A program made the translations under genes and the position numbers. The notes beneath the pieces were generated by a model. It was given only the letters and a program-made list of their open reading frames with translations. It was not told the DNA's origin and made no database searches. Positions 30,396 through 41,589 of a DNA stretch of 64,000 nucleotides are shown here, piece by piece. How positions within the stretch are numbered: the stretch's first letter is position 1; each line of letters begins with the position of its first letter. Source of the stretch: Eledone cirrhosa. Lineage: Eukaryota. The stretch is taken from NCBI GenBank assembly GCA_964016885.1, contig OZ024740.1, forward strand, positions 77,810,001 through 77,874,000, read 5' to 3'.

Positions 30396-30731
30396 TACCT
30401 CATTTTACTAGTCTCAAGAACGCGTCTACACGACGTGTCCGCATGTATCTGTGTGTTTCTTAATATATTAATAACTCCCTCTGGTCGAGCAATCTTTGAA
30501 GTGTGGGGACAACTGGAAAGCTTCCATTACTCATACTTCTCGCCTTCTTCACTACCTCTTCTACGGCCTCGATATGAATACCCCCTCCGCCTCCGTGGTA
30601 TTTTCTTCGTGGTTATAAGAGGCTTAGCTCTGTTTCTCGACCGTTATATCGCGTGACTATCTCCCCCTCCGCCTTTTGGGATTCTTTCTCACGTCGTGTA
30701 GACGCGTTCTTGAGACTAGTAAAATGAGGTA

Positions 30732-30819
30732 TCCTCTTGATAAGTCGGCAGACCTCGCAAGGACTCTATATCTTTGATATATTGTTTTTGTTTATGCCAC
30801 GAAACTACGTAGTCGAGGA
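30732..30819 (+). ncRNA. Type I HHR with U3-A8 core (family K)
   Basis: TCCTC-TTGATAA(30737)-GTCGGCA...TGCCAC-GAAA(30801)-CTACGTAG-TC-GAGGA; palindromic ACTACGTAGT; GUC site, cleavage expected after 30814. Confidence 0.82.
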
Positions 30820-31322
30820 ATTTAGGAACAGTTTAGGTATGATACATTTTATTACTAATTATATCTAAATGTTTCTTCTCTCTTCATAATGTATTTTTAA
30901 CTCTGATACTGGTTCAGTCTGGTTCAAACTGAATTGGTCTGTCCCAGTCATTCATTGAGCAACATCGGTGAAGTTGGCACCCTTAACTCACAGTTGGGTG
31001 CGGATGCATTCATGTATATATGTGTGTGTCCGCATGTATCTGTGTGTTTCTTAATATATTAATAACTCCCTCTGGTCGAGCAATCTTTGAAGTGTGGGGA
31101 CAACTGGAAAGCTTCCATTACTCATACTTCTCGCCTTCTTCACTACCTCTTCTACGGCCTCGATATGAATACCCCCTCCGCCTCCGTGGTATTTTCTTCG
31201 TGGTTATAAGAGGCTTAGCTCTGTTTCTCGACCGTTATATCGCGTGACTATCTCCCCCTCCGCCTTTTGGGATTCTTTCTCACGTCGTGTAGACGCGTTC
31301 TTGAGACTAGTAAAATGAGGTA

Positions 31323-31410
31323 TCCTCTTGATAAGTCGGCAGACCTCGCAAGGACTCTATATCTTTGATATATTGTTTTTGTTTATGCCACGAAACTACG
31401 TAGTCGAGGA
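31323..31410 (+). ncRNA. Type I HHR with U3-A8 core (family K), second tandem copy
   Basis: Same sequence as 30732-30819, 591 bp downstream. Confidence 0.82.
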
Positions 31411-31479
31411 ATTTAGGAACAGTTTAGGTATGATACATTTTATTACTAATTATATCTAAATGTTTCTTCTCTCTTCATA

Positions 31480-31535
<56 letters not shown>

Positions 31536-31635
31536 TATATATGTATATATATATATGTAATATATATATGTATATATATGTAATATGTATGTATGTAAAA
31601 GGTAAACAGAAATAACAACACAATCGGTACAGTAT

Positions 31636-32356
31636 ATGGAAGGGATACTCTCCTTACTATCCTTGCTCCCCTTTTCTCATTGTATTTGTATATAAACAAA
31701 TACATAGATACAAGGAGAAAGGGAGGGCAAGGAGAGCAGTGAGAAAGGAGAGCAAGGAGAGCAATAGGAAAAGGAGAGCAAGGATAAAAGGAGAGCAATG
31801 CGAAAAGGAGAGCAAGGAAAGCAAGGAGAGCAATTGGAAAAGGGGAGCAAGGATGAAAAGAGAGCAATGCGAAAAGGGCAGCAAGGAGAGCAGTGAGAAA
31901 AGGAGAGCAAGGAGAGCAGTGAGAAAAGGAGAGCAAGGATAAAAGGAGAGCAAGGAGAACAGTGAGGAAAGGAGAGCAAGGAGAGCATGGAAGGGATACT
32001 CTCCTTACTATCCTTGCTCCCCTTTTCTCATTGTATATAAATAAGTACATAGATACAAGGAGAAATGGAGAGCAAGGAAAAAAGGAGAGTAACGAGAAAA
32101 GGAGAGCAATGAGAAAAGGGGAGCAAGGAGAGCAGTGAGAAAAGGAGAGCAAGGAGAGCAAGGATAAAAGGAGAGCAAGGAGAGCAATGGGAAAAGGAGA
32201 GTAAGGATAGCAGTGATAAAAGGAGAGCAAGGATAAAAGGAGAGCAATGAGAGCAAGGAAAGCAATGAGAAAAGGAGAACAAGGAGAGCAGTGAGAAAAG
32301 GAGAACAAGGAGAGCAATGAGAAAAGGAGAACAGGGAGAGCAGTGAGAAAAGGAGA
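31636..32356. repeat. Purine-rich ~10-bp minisatellite (AAGGAGAGCA) within a ~350-bp higher-order duplication
   Basis: ATGGAAGGGATACTCTCCTTACTATCC occurs at 31636 and ~31987, each followed by the array. Confidence 0.9.
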
Positions 32357-32750
32357 TCAAAAATTGCCCAAGTTATGCTGGAAGCAAACAAAGGTGAAGA
32401 AGAGGAATAAGAAAAAAATCAACTGAAGAGGTACTTTCTGCACTAAAATGACTTTACAAACATCGAGTTTTTGTCTTTTGTAACTCCTGGTACAAAAACT
32501 TTCTTCGCAAGATTTCTACCAGCACATCGACAAAGACCCTTCAACATGGAAGGATGATCCTGGTTACAAAAGTGGACTTGAAAAACTTGAGAAGACAGTT
32601 GTTGTGAATGATGTTGCAGAAAGATGTGTCAAATCATTCAGGATTACAATAATATCTCACAAAAGATGAAACTGAAAAACAATTTGTTTACAGATCGTTA
32701 CCGAAACCCATAAAACATACCTAACTGCCACTAAATATTCTCTTATGCGA
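32357..32750 (+). pseudogene. DNA transposase C-terminal fragment (probably Sola2-like)
   Basis: Manual translation KDPSTWKDDPGYKSGLEKLEKTVVVNDVAERCVKSF, then with frameshifts DYN..LTKDETEKQF..QIV; a candidate terminus GGCCACCC ends at 33148. Confidence 0.6.
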
Positions 32751-32754
32751 AAAT

Positions 32755-32935
32755 AATTGTTTCTACTTTTGGCACAAGACAGCCAATTATCCCAGTGTAT
32801 TACTGGTACTTTATTTTATCGACCCCGTAAGGATGAAAGGCAAAGTTAACATCACGGGATTTGAACTCAGACCATAAAGGGCCGTAACTCTTTGCTGCAA
32901 AGCATGGCATCAAACCCTCTACCGATTCTGCCAAA
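32755..32935 (-). mobile_element. Nin/Deu-domain-like SINE
   Basis: Reverse complement of the 36.2-37.0 kb SINE unit. Confidence 0.8.
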
Positions 32936-33150
32936 AATAATGTTCAATATATAGTGTTCAGAGTTCACGTTATGTTATAGAAATTATTGCTGTAAATAAA
33001 CATGCGTTTCTCTTCTAGAAGTTGTGTGCTTTATTAGGAAACCCTGAAATTTCGCACATCCCGTGTTTCTGTTGATTGAAACAGGATTAGGGAGTGGGAG
33101 CCGCAACGTTTTAACTTTCGGAAAATTGCCTATTGTTAAGGGCCACCCTA

Positions 33151-33185
<35 letters not shown>

Positions 33186-33188
<3 letters not shown>

Positions 33189-33264
33189 GGTGTCCCCAAA
33201 AATTGTATACGCATTTTTATTAGAATGTTGTTGAAGTGTAAATACATTTTTGGGGGACACCCCT
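33186..33264. mobile_element. Tiny Tc1/mariner-type MITE
   Basis: CAGGGTGTCCCCAAAAAT...ATTTTTGGGGGACACCC inverted termini in a TA context. Confidence 0.6.
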
Positions 33265-33447
33265 ATATATACATAATACACAGTATATTGTATGTGTGGG
33301 TTCGAGTCCCTGGGTGGTGGTGTACAAATGTTTTCCGTCTTCAGGATATGCATGTCCAACTTATAAGAGTATTTTTCATAGTCAAACAACGTTTATACTT
33401 CTTTCAAATTCACAACACTTCCTATCGCTCGACTGTTCTAGAAATAG

Positions 33448-33521
<74 letters not shown>

Positions 33522-33568
33522 AAGAGTGAAGAATATCATGGTCGGCTGTACAAAAAGGGTTTTATTTA

Positions 33569-33683
33569 CAGTATTAACAATTGTTTCATTGATCGGGTGA
33601 GTCTAAAGGCCGCTAATCACTCGAAGTTGCATCACTCTACCTTAAATACAGTATGTGTCTCTGATCAAATCATCGGAATACTG
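33569..33683 (-). ncRNA. Type I HHR motif with long loop II and CCGATGA core (family L)
   Basis: Minus strand: CAGTATT-CCGATGA-TTTGATC...GATCAAT-GAAA-CAATTG-TT-AATACTG; 7-bp stem I; palindromic ACAATTGT. Confidence 0.7.
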
Positions 33684-33893
33684 TTGAGTCAAACAACGCC
33701 GTACGTTAAAACTATCCATAGTACAGAGTACTCACAACCTCTAACTGGATTACCTATAACTATAACTTGTTATCCCATATGATTCCAGTTCCTCAGTGAA
33801 AAAACAACCCAACCAGGAACTGGGCATATCAGAGTTTTGACAAAGTTATACACCTCAACAACATGTCTACTCGTCTCTACCACACTAATTCGG

Positions 33894-33948
33894 ACTGCCT
33901 GAAGAGGTCACAGTCAAAGATGGCTGTCACCGAAATATATATAGCAGT
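33894..33948 (+). ncRNA. Type I HHR (family M)
   Basis: ACTGC-CTGAAGA(33899)-GGTCACAGTCA-AAGA-TGGCTGTCACC-GAAA-T-ATAT-ATA-GCAGT, followed by AATAAA. Confidence 0.88.
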
Positions 33949-34160
33949 AATAAACGAAGCCAAATTTTAAACATTTGACTTATTTATTTTATTTTATTTT
34001 ACATTACTCCGGAGTAACCAAACCAACCTGCGCACTTCGTCGAGTGCTCCAATCTGCATACTAGGTGTTGGTATACAACCAACATATACTCAAAATTTAT
34101 ATATATATACATATATATATATATAGGAAGAAATTAAAAGATGGTTAAGAAAGTTCCATG

Positions 34161-34231
34161 TATTTTATTATGCGCATTTCAAAAACAAATATCAACCTGC
34201 GACGATATTTGCGTTCTCATCAGATAAAATA
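34161..34231 (-). ncRNA. Type I HHR (family A)
   Basis: Minus strand: TATTTTAT-CTGATGA-GAACGCAAATATC...GATATTTGTTTTT-GAAA-T-GCGC-ATA-ATAAAATA. Confidence 0.85.
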
Positions 34232-34309
34232 GGGAAACATGATATGAAGCCTTAAAAAAACACTTGGTATTTGCATTGCTTTATTGGGCTACAATAAAAC
34301 TCACCTCCT

Positions 34310-34355
<46 letters not shown>

Positions 34356-34356
<1 letters not shown>

Positions 34357-34552
34357 ACAAAGGAAATGTGGTAAGGAACCAGATGGACCATAACGTACCA
34401 GAGTACTCAATACTTAGAGTAGTAGAGTGGGAAATAGGAAAAAGTATGACCCCGACGGCAGCGCTCAAGCCGTTTCGACGGCTATTTCTGGAGTCCAGAA
34501 ATAGCCGTCAAAACGGCTTGAGCTCTGCCGTCGGGGTCATACTTTTTCCTAT
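34356..34552. mobile_element. Family X fold-back element
   Basis: Minus copy 34356-34491 joined head-to-head to plus partial copy 34492-34552; (TA)n on both sides. Confidence 0.85.
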
Positions 34553-34686
34553 ATATATATATATATATATATAAATGAAAAGTATAGAAATTATTATGAG
34601 CAAGAAGCACACAGTATTTCATTATATATATATATATATATATATGAAAATAAAGCAAATAAGCCTTCAATACATCAAAAGTCTTT

Positions 34687-34732
34687 ATTAGCCAACAATG
34701 TTTCGTCCTATTAAGGACTCATCAGGGCAATC
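34687..34732 (-). ncRNA. Type I HHR (family N), left inverted arm
   Basis: Reverse complement of 35419-35464; arms 34643-34765 / 35386-35508. Confidence 0.88.
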
Positions 34733-35418
34733 AAAACCACAAGAAGCACTATCGGCCAATACAAGAATTGATTTGTTAACTTACATGCCATTATATATTA
34801 TATATTATTATATTATTATTATAGTGTTATTGTGACATCTATATTGTTTGTGTAAATTAACCGGAGATTACCTATTATATTATATTATATATTATATAAT
34901 TATATAGTTTATTATATATTATATTATTGAATATTATATGTGTTACTTTTAATCATTTCATTACTTCATGTTATACTGTATATTAGATATACGTATTATT
35001 TTTATTTTTATTCCTATTATGCTTATTTATATTTAAACTCTTAATAAGGTTTAATTTGTGCTGTTAATAATGGAAATGTGTATTTATGTATGTGTGCGTA
35101 CGTGTGCGTATATATATACATATGTATACTGTGCCTTTTAATTTTAATTTTAATTTTAATATTGTTACAAGTATATTATATTATATTATATTGTATTATA
35201 TATAGTACTATAATTCCCGCTCTATATAACCACCTTTGTTTAGCTCTAGTTTTTTTGCTTTGGACTATATTTGTAATATGGTTCAAAATGTTATCCACCT
35301 CCTTAGTGATTTTTATTATATATTTTTACCCATAATCTTCCAATACTTTAGTGTATGTACACTCCATATTCTTCGGAGTTTTCGGCTTGTATTGGCCGAT
35401 AGTGCTTCTTGTGGTTTT

Positions 35419-35464
35419 GATTGCCCTGATGAGTCCTTAATAGGACGAAACATTGTTGGCTAAT
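35419..35464 (+). ncRNA. Canonical minimal type I HHR (family N)
   Basis: ATTGCC-CTGATGA(35426)-GTCC-TTAATA-GGAC-GAAA-C-ATT-G-TT-GGCTAAT; GUU site, cleavage expected after 35457; AATAAA at 35462. Confidence 0.9.
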
Positions 35465-35624
35465 AAAGACTTTTGATGTATTGAAGGGTTCTTTGCTTTA
35501 TTTTCATAATTCTTCGGCTCTGTTTAATTACATTGAGCTATACCTTTTACTGTCATTTCTATAATACGAAGAGGGTGTTTAACTCCAACACGCTCCAGTA
35601 TTTTAATCCTTATATATATATATA

Positions 35625-35787
35625 TATAAAGTTTCAGACACTTAACATGTATGTGCGATCATTGGTTTCGGGGTCCAGTTATGTACCTCACTCTATAGTG
35701 GAAGAGGCTCTTTCTAATTAGCTAGTGATAGCCATAACTGGAACTCGAAACGAATGGTCTCACATGTTAAGTGTATGAAACTTTATA
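35625..35787. repeat. Imperfect fold-back (~55-bp arms) adjacent to (TA)n
   Basis: TATAAAGTTTCAGACACTTAACATGT...CCAGTTATG / CATAACTGG...ACATGTTAAGTGTATGAAACTTTATA. Confidence 0.75.
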
Positions 35788-35887
35788 CTAAATAAGATCT
35801 CTTGCACTAAATTGAGCAATGCCATGTAAGTGAAATTAGATAGACGGAATGTTTCTTTTTCTCTCTCTCTAAACACACACACACACA

Positions 35888-36033
<146 letters not shown>

Positions 36034-36208
36034 ACGCAATATCTGTATGTACGTCATGGTACGTTATATGTCTGTGTGTCTTGGAAAATTTAGATCATTC
36101 TCGCCGACGATAAATGAACAATATTGTATAAGAAAAGGTGCTACAGTGATGTAAGAGGTGGGATACACAGGACGGATGTTGTTCACATTACTATTATTAT
36201 AAAACAGA

Positions 36209-37048
36209 TCGAGGGCAGTGGACTGGTAGTATCGGTAGAGTGTGGGACGCCATGCTTTTCAGCATAAAGTTACGGCCCTTTATGATCTGAGTTCAAATCC
36301 CGCCGAGGTTAACTTTGCCTTTCATCCTTACGAGGTCGATAAAATAAAGCACCAGTAATGTACTGGGGTCGATTTAATCGACTATCCCTTCCCACCAAAT
36401 TACTGTCCTTGTGCCTATACTAGAAATCATTATAATAAAACAGATTGGCAGTATCGGTAGAGCGTCGGACAACATGATTTGCGACATGTAGTTACGTCCC
36501 TTTACGTACTGAGTTCAAATCCCACCGATGTTAGCTTTGCTTTTCATCCTTATGTCGTCAATAAAATAAAACACCAGTCATGCACTGTGGTTGATTTAAT
36601 CGACTTTCCCCTGTCCCCAAATTACTAGCCTTATGTCTATACTATAAATCATTATTACAGAGTGGGGGACGCATAGAGTTACGGCCCTTTCCATTCTGAG
36701 TTCAAATCCCGCCGAGGTCAACTTTGTCTTTCATCCTTACGGGGTCGATAAAATAAAGTACCAGTAATGTACTGGGTAATTGCTGGCCTTGTGCCTAAAG
36801 TAGAAACAATTATTACAAAGTAGAGTATTTAGGGCGTTGTATTGGCAGTATCGGTAGAGAGTCGGACACAATGCTTTGCGACATAGAGTTACGGCCCTTT
36901 ACGGTCTGAGTTCAAATCCCGTCGAGGTTAACTTTGCCTTTCATCCTTACGGGGTCGATAAAATAAAGTACCAGTCCCGCACTGGGTTCGATTTAATCGA
37001 CTTTCCCCTCCCCTAAAATGTCTGGCCTTGTGCCTATACTAGAAATCA
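36209..37048 (+). mobile_element. Head-to-tail array of four tRNA-derived (Nin/Deu-domain-like) SINEs
   Basis: CTGAGTTCAAATCCC...CTTTCATCCTTACGGGGTCGATAAAATAAAGTACCAG recurs at about 36287, 36509, 36696 and 36906; other copies at 37830-38008, 42860-43010 and 59632-59825 (-). Confidence 0.85.
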
Positions 37049-38127
37049 AAGTAGAGTGTCGGACAGGTGAGAGAAGCACGTTACTATTTTCATATTGACA
37101 TTACTATTACGATTATAGTTTTATAGAAGTGCCCCAAATGGGGAGAAATGAGGCAAATATAAAATACAAGATCTGGTCAATTTATACAGGTGAATTATTT
37201 TATTTGGTAAAATATAAAATGTGAACGAAGCGAACATTCCAAGACCGTCGCAACCGCTACTTGAAAGCGAGGTAATCAGCTTGTACAGGGGTTCCAGAGA
37301 TCCTGGCCACCCGACACACACGAATCAGCCAGAGAATACCTTCTCTATTTTTAGGTCATTAGATAAGAACTCTTGTCTGACGACTTTGTGATTAACAAGC
37401 GAAACTCCAGAGTAACCAGACTCATTATTCAGCCTTAATAAAATAAATATTAAAACTCTTTTTTGGTATTGTATACTTCTTTCTTCCAACCGTCAACCGC
37501 ATACAAATATATATATATATATGTACGTGTGTGTGTGTGCGTGCGTTTGTATTGGAAAGAGTACCTAAAATATAAGCACTCAATACATGTATGTAGCATG
37601 GAAAATTTATGTTCTACAGAGAAAAATGTTAGTGACTTCGAAGATTCTTGGTCGCTTCATATATAGATTTGCCATCCCAATCACAGTTTGGCATCAACAT
37701 ATATTTCGCATGGCAATTTTTTCTGAATATGTGTGTAATTTTCGAAAACGAAATTTATTTTCCATGCTTAGTTATTTTTATTTTTCTGAAATTTTTCTGA
37801 AATTGAAATGTTCACCACATATTACTTTAAGCGGTGGTTTAGCAGTATCGGTAGAGCGTCAGACACTATGCTTTGTAGTATAGACTTATGGCCCTTTGCA
37901 TTCTGAGTTCAAATCCCACCGCTTTGCCTTTTATCCTTACGGGGTCGATAAATAAAGCACCAGTAAAACTCTGGGGTAATTGTTGGCTTTGTGCCAAAAG
38001 TAGAAACACTACTTTAAGCACAAAGACTGTAACCCACAGTCCTTCCCTTTTTCTGTTTTATTATCAAAATCTTTTCCGAATAAAAATCCCATTTTTAAAA
38101 CAGCATATTCGATTTATCATCATCATC

Positions 38128-38370
38128 ATCTTCTTCTTCTTCTTCTTCTTTTTTTTTTTCTTCTTCTTCTTCTTCTTCTTCTTCTTCTTCTTCTTCCGGC
38201 TAAATCCCCAAGCAAGACCAGCTGAACTCATGGATGTTATCCAACCATCTTGCTCAGAGTCTACTCCTGTGTTTCCTGTCAGTTGGTTTTGCTCGTAAAA
38301 TCTGTCCAGCGATTCTTTCCTAAGACATTCTTCTAACCACATGTCCGTAGTATCAGAGCTGTGATCTCAA
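38128..38370 (-). mobile_element. RTE LINE 3' fragment with (AAG)n tail
   Basis: Homologous to 45490-45650; (CTT)n on the plus strand. Confidence 0.7.
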
Positions 38371-40063
38371 TGCAAATACTTGGATTGGATGCTTATAACA
38401 GCTAAAGGCACCCAAAGATCTGGTGGTGGTTTTAAACCGAGAAACAAATTTAGTCGCACACCACCTAGAACTCAAAACAAGTTTGCCAGATCAATTTAAT
38501 AAAAAGTAGCGCAAAATGTTCTAAAGGTAGCAGATTGTGTTGGAAAGTCTTTCCATGTAAGATTCTCTTCTTAATGCATATCTGTTTCGGTTAACAAATA
38601 ATCAATGCAGGGAGATAATTCTTCAACAACATGGGAGCACAGAGAGTGTGGCAAATACATTTTATTACAATCATGTCAGACCTGCCAACCTCTAAAAGAC
38701 AAAATGGGGAGTACCATGAAAAGAAGTGCCCCAAATGGGGAGAAATGAGGCAAAATGAGGAGATTTTACATAATGAAAGCTATACCCATTTTCACAAGAA
38801 AAGACATGACAGTGGGTGGGGGATCTCCCCATCGGACGGCAAGAGTTGACAGGTCTGATATGTTGATTGCCTAATTTCATTAAAGTATAGAGAGGAATTA
38901 ACACAATGGTTTGATTCAATGCCAAATCAGATCTAATTTTGTTATTTTACTATAGGAAAAAATAGCTTTGATAGTTTGTTGCAATTTGGAGTTTATTATA
39001 GCACCATTTTTTTATGCTTAGCTGAAGAAGAATACTTTGTTAAACCCTTTTTGTGAGCTCGCGTTTCAACATTGTACAATATTTATTACTATTGTATTTT
39101 ACTTTCTCCTATCTTAATACTCTAACAATTGTGTTAATCTGCTACCTTGAACTGGTATTTCATTTTAACGTTTCTTCAAAACAAAGTTGACTTCGGTGTG
39201 ATTTGAGCTCAGGGTGCAGAGAGCTGGAATGAACACTGCAACACATTTTCTCACATGCACTGACGACTCCGTCTTTATTAAAGTCAAGGTTTGTATTAAA
39301 TTTGCTTATGAAAAGCTTCTTTTCGTGTTCTTTATTATGAATTGGTATTGAATTTATTTTGAATATCTTGTTCAGTTCTCAGGCTCGACAAAAACATTTC
39401 CTTTGTATGCACTTGTCTAATTCGAAAAAAAAAAACGTATGTTTAAAACGTGTTTCTTTTCAATTTTTGCATTTATTATATTCCCATACTGCATACCAAA
39501 GTCCGTATTTATCTGTATATCTATCTATTTATGTTCTTATCCCCCTAACCCTCGCGTTCATTCCCCACCCCCATCCCACTTATTAAATTTTGTTAATCTA
39601 TCTCCGGCGAAATTTCATTATAAGTGATTCATATCGATACAGCAGCTGAACAATCTAATAATAATTTGATATTACATTACAAAATTAATATATATGACCA
39701 AAAATAAACATTACAAGAAATCCCATATTTACGAACGTACACAATACAATTACCGATTTCTTCCCCAACCCCGTTTATTCACCCCGTCCCCCGCTTATAA
39801 AAATTTAAGCAAATGTCCGACAACCACCACCCCGTTTATTTTACATAAGGAAAGAAAGAAGTCTGATGTTTCGAGCTTTGAGTTTTTATCAAGGAAAATA
39901 TTTGTTGCCGATTTGTTCCGATTTTGAATTTTCTTTTAAAATGATATTAGTCCTTCCATTTATGTTGTTTTTCACTCGGCGCAAAACTATTTCTAATTAG
40001 ATATTTTCTGTTGACTACTTAAAATATATCAACACTAACTAATCTATCTATTTGGCTCTACAA

Positions 40064-40142
<79 letters not shown>

Positions 40143-40333
40143 CGTACATAAATACATACATATGTAATTGGATGGAGTGCCACACAAGAGGGTTATCAAG
40201 ACGTTCGGTATGTAAAAATTATATTTAATGTTTATTACATATTAATTGGGTTATAACCCTAAATATTCTTTGGTAGACAAACCAACGGAGTTACGTCATA
40301 ACCACTCATAGATACACACACACACGCACACAC

Positions 40334-40414
<81 letters not shown>

Positions 40415-40416
40415 TA

Positions 40417-40825
40417 TCTATATATATATAAAAGCAAGTCGGTCTGTGTATCTGTCTGTCTGTGTACAAATACTAGGCTCCTTTTAACTTTTGAAGTACT
40501 AGGCCGATTTCAACCAAATTTGGCACACATGCTGCTTATATGCCAGAGCAGGTTTTGGACAAAAACAAATTTGAAAAAAAAATCAATATTGGGGCCGAAA
40601 AATCGATTTTGTGTGTGTATCTGTCTGTGTACAAATACTAGGCTCCTTTTAACTTTTGAAGTACTAAGCCGATTTGGCACATGCTATTGAGGCGACTTCT
40701 CATTGGCTAGCCAATTAGCTGACATAAGCTGACATGCACTCAGAAATTGCTAGCTAAGCCATAAAAGACCTTGAACAATTCAGGCTGTCATTCATTTCCC
40801 GAGCAACGCCGGGTACATCTGCTAG
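40417..40825 (+). mobile_element. Non-autonomous Helitron
   Basis: A|TCTATATATATATAAAAG start, (TCTG)n, and 3' hairpin CCCGAGCAACGCCGGG then CTAG|T. Confidence 0.78.
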
Positions 40826-41002
40826 TATATATATTTATATATATAACAGAGTAATAACTCTGTTACGTCATAACCACGCATAGATACACACACACACACA
40901 AATATATATATATATATATATATAAACATATATATATAAACATTTATCTATATATATATATATATATATACATATATATATGTGTGAGTGTGTGTGTGTA
41001 TG

Positions 41003-41122
<120 letters not shown>

Positions 41123-41287
41123 AGTTGCTTGCATGTTTCACCGTTGTATAGAGTTTACGGACCTGTAAAAAGGTCGAAACTTATGAGTAGCTGTTATCCT
41201 TAATAATATAAAATGTTCTCTTTATTTAATAACGATTTCTTAAAAATGTGAACTAAGATCGTTTGCCGATTCAGTTCAAATAATGTC

Positions 41288-41578
41288 TATAAGTCTAATG
41301 TCTGCCGTAAGCCAGAAGGCTCATTTAGCCGGTGCTTATCCGGTTTCATGGCGTGAAGCGACTGAGAGTACAAGACTCCCCCCCCCCCCTGGACAGGACG
41401 CCAGTCTATCGCAGGGTTAAACCCCCAGCTATTGCTGGTACTCATTTTCAGCTGAGTATGTTGGAACAACGTGAAATGAAATGTTTTGCTCAAGAACACA
41501 ACACGCAACCCAGGAATCGAACCCATGACATTATGATCGTAAGACCAACACCCTTACCACTAGGCCACGTGCCTCCAC
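41288..41578 (-). mobile_element. CORE-type SINE, nearly full length
   Basis: Minus strand begins GTGGAGGCACGTGGCCTAGTGGTAAGGGTGTTGG (A-box), then GGTTCGATTCC (B-box), CORE-like segment and AGACTT tail. Confidence 0.85.
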
Positions 41579-41589
41579 TTCAAATAATG

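Larger units (their letters stand above)
30066..31484 (+). mobile_element. 591-bp HHR-bearing unit in partial tandem (about 1.8 copies) with an upstream inverted copy
   Basis: GTCCGCATGTATC at 30437 and 31028 (period 591); 30066-30435 is the reverse complement of ~30691-31060; both ends in (TA)n. Confidence 0.92.

Noticed and set aside
30435-31247. Duplicated 73-75-aa ORFs
   Set aside because: Start at GTG or within microsatellite, no known motif; by-product of the 591-bp tandem.
31475-32391. Leu/Ser/Cys/Pro-rich ORFs up to 280 aa
   Set aside because: Translation of the 10-bp minisatellite.
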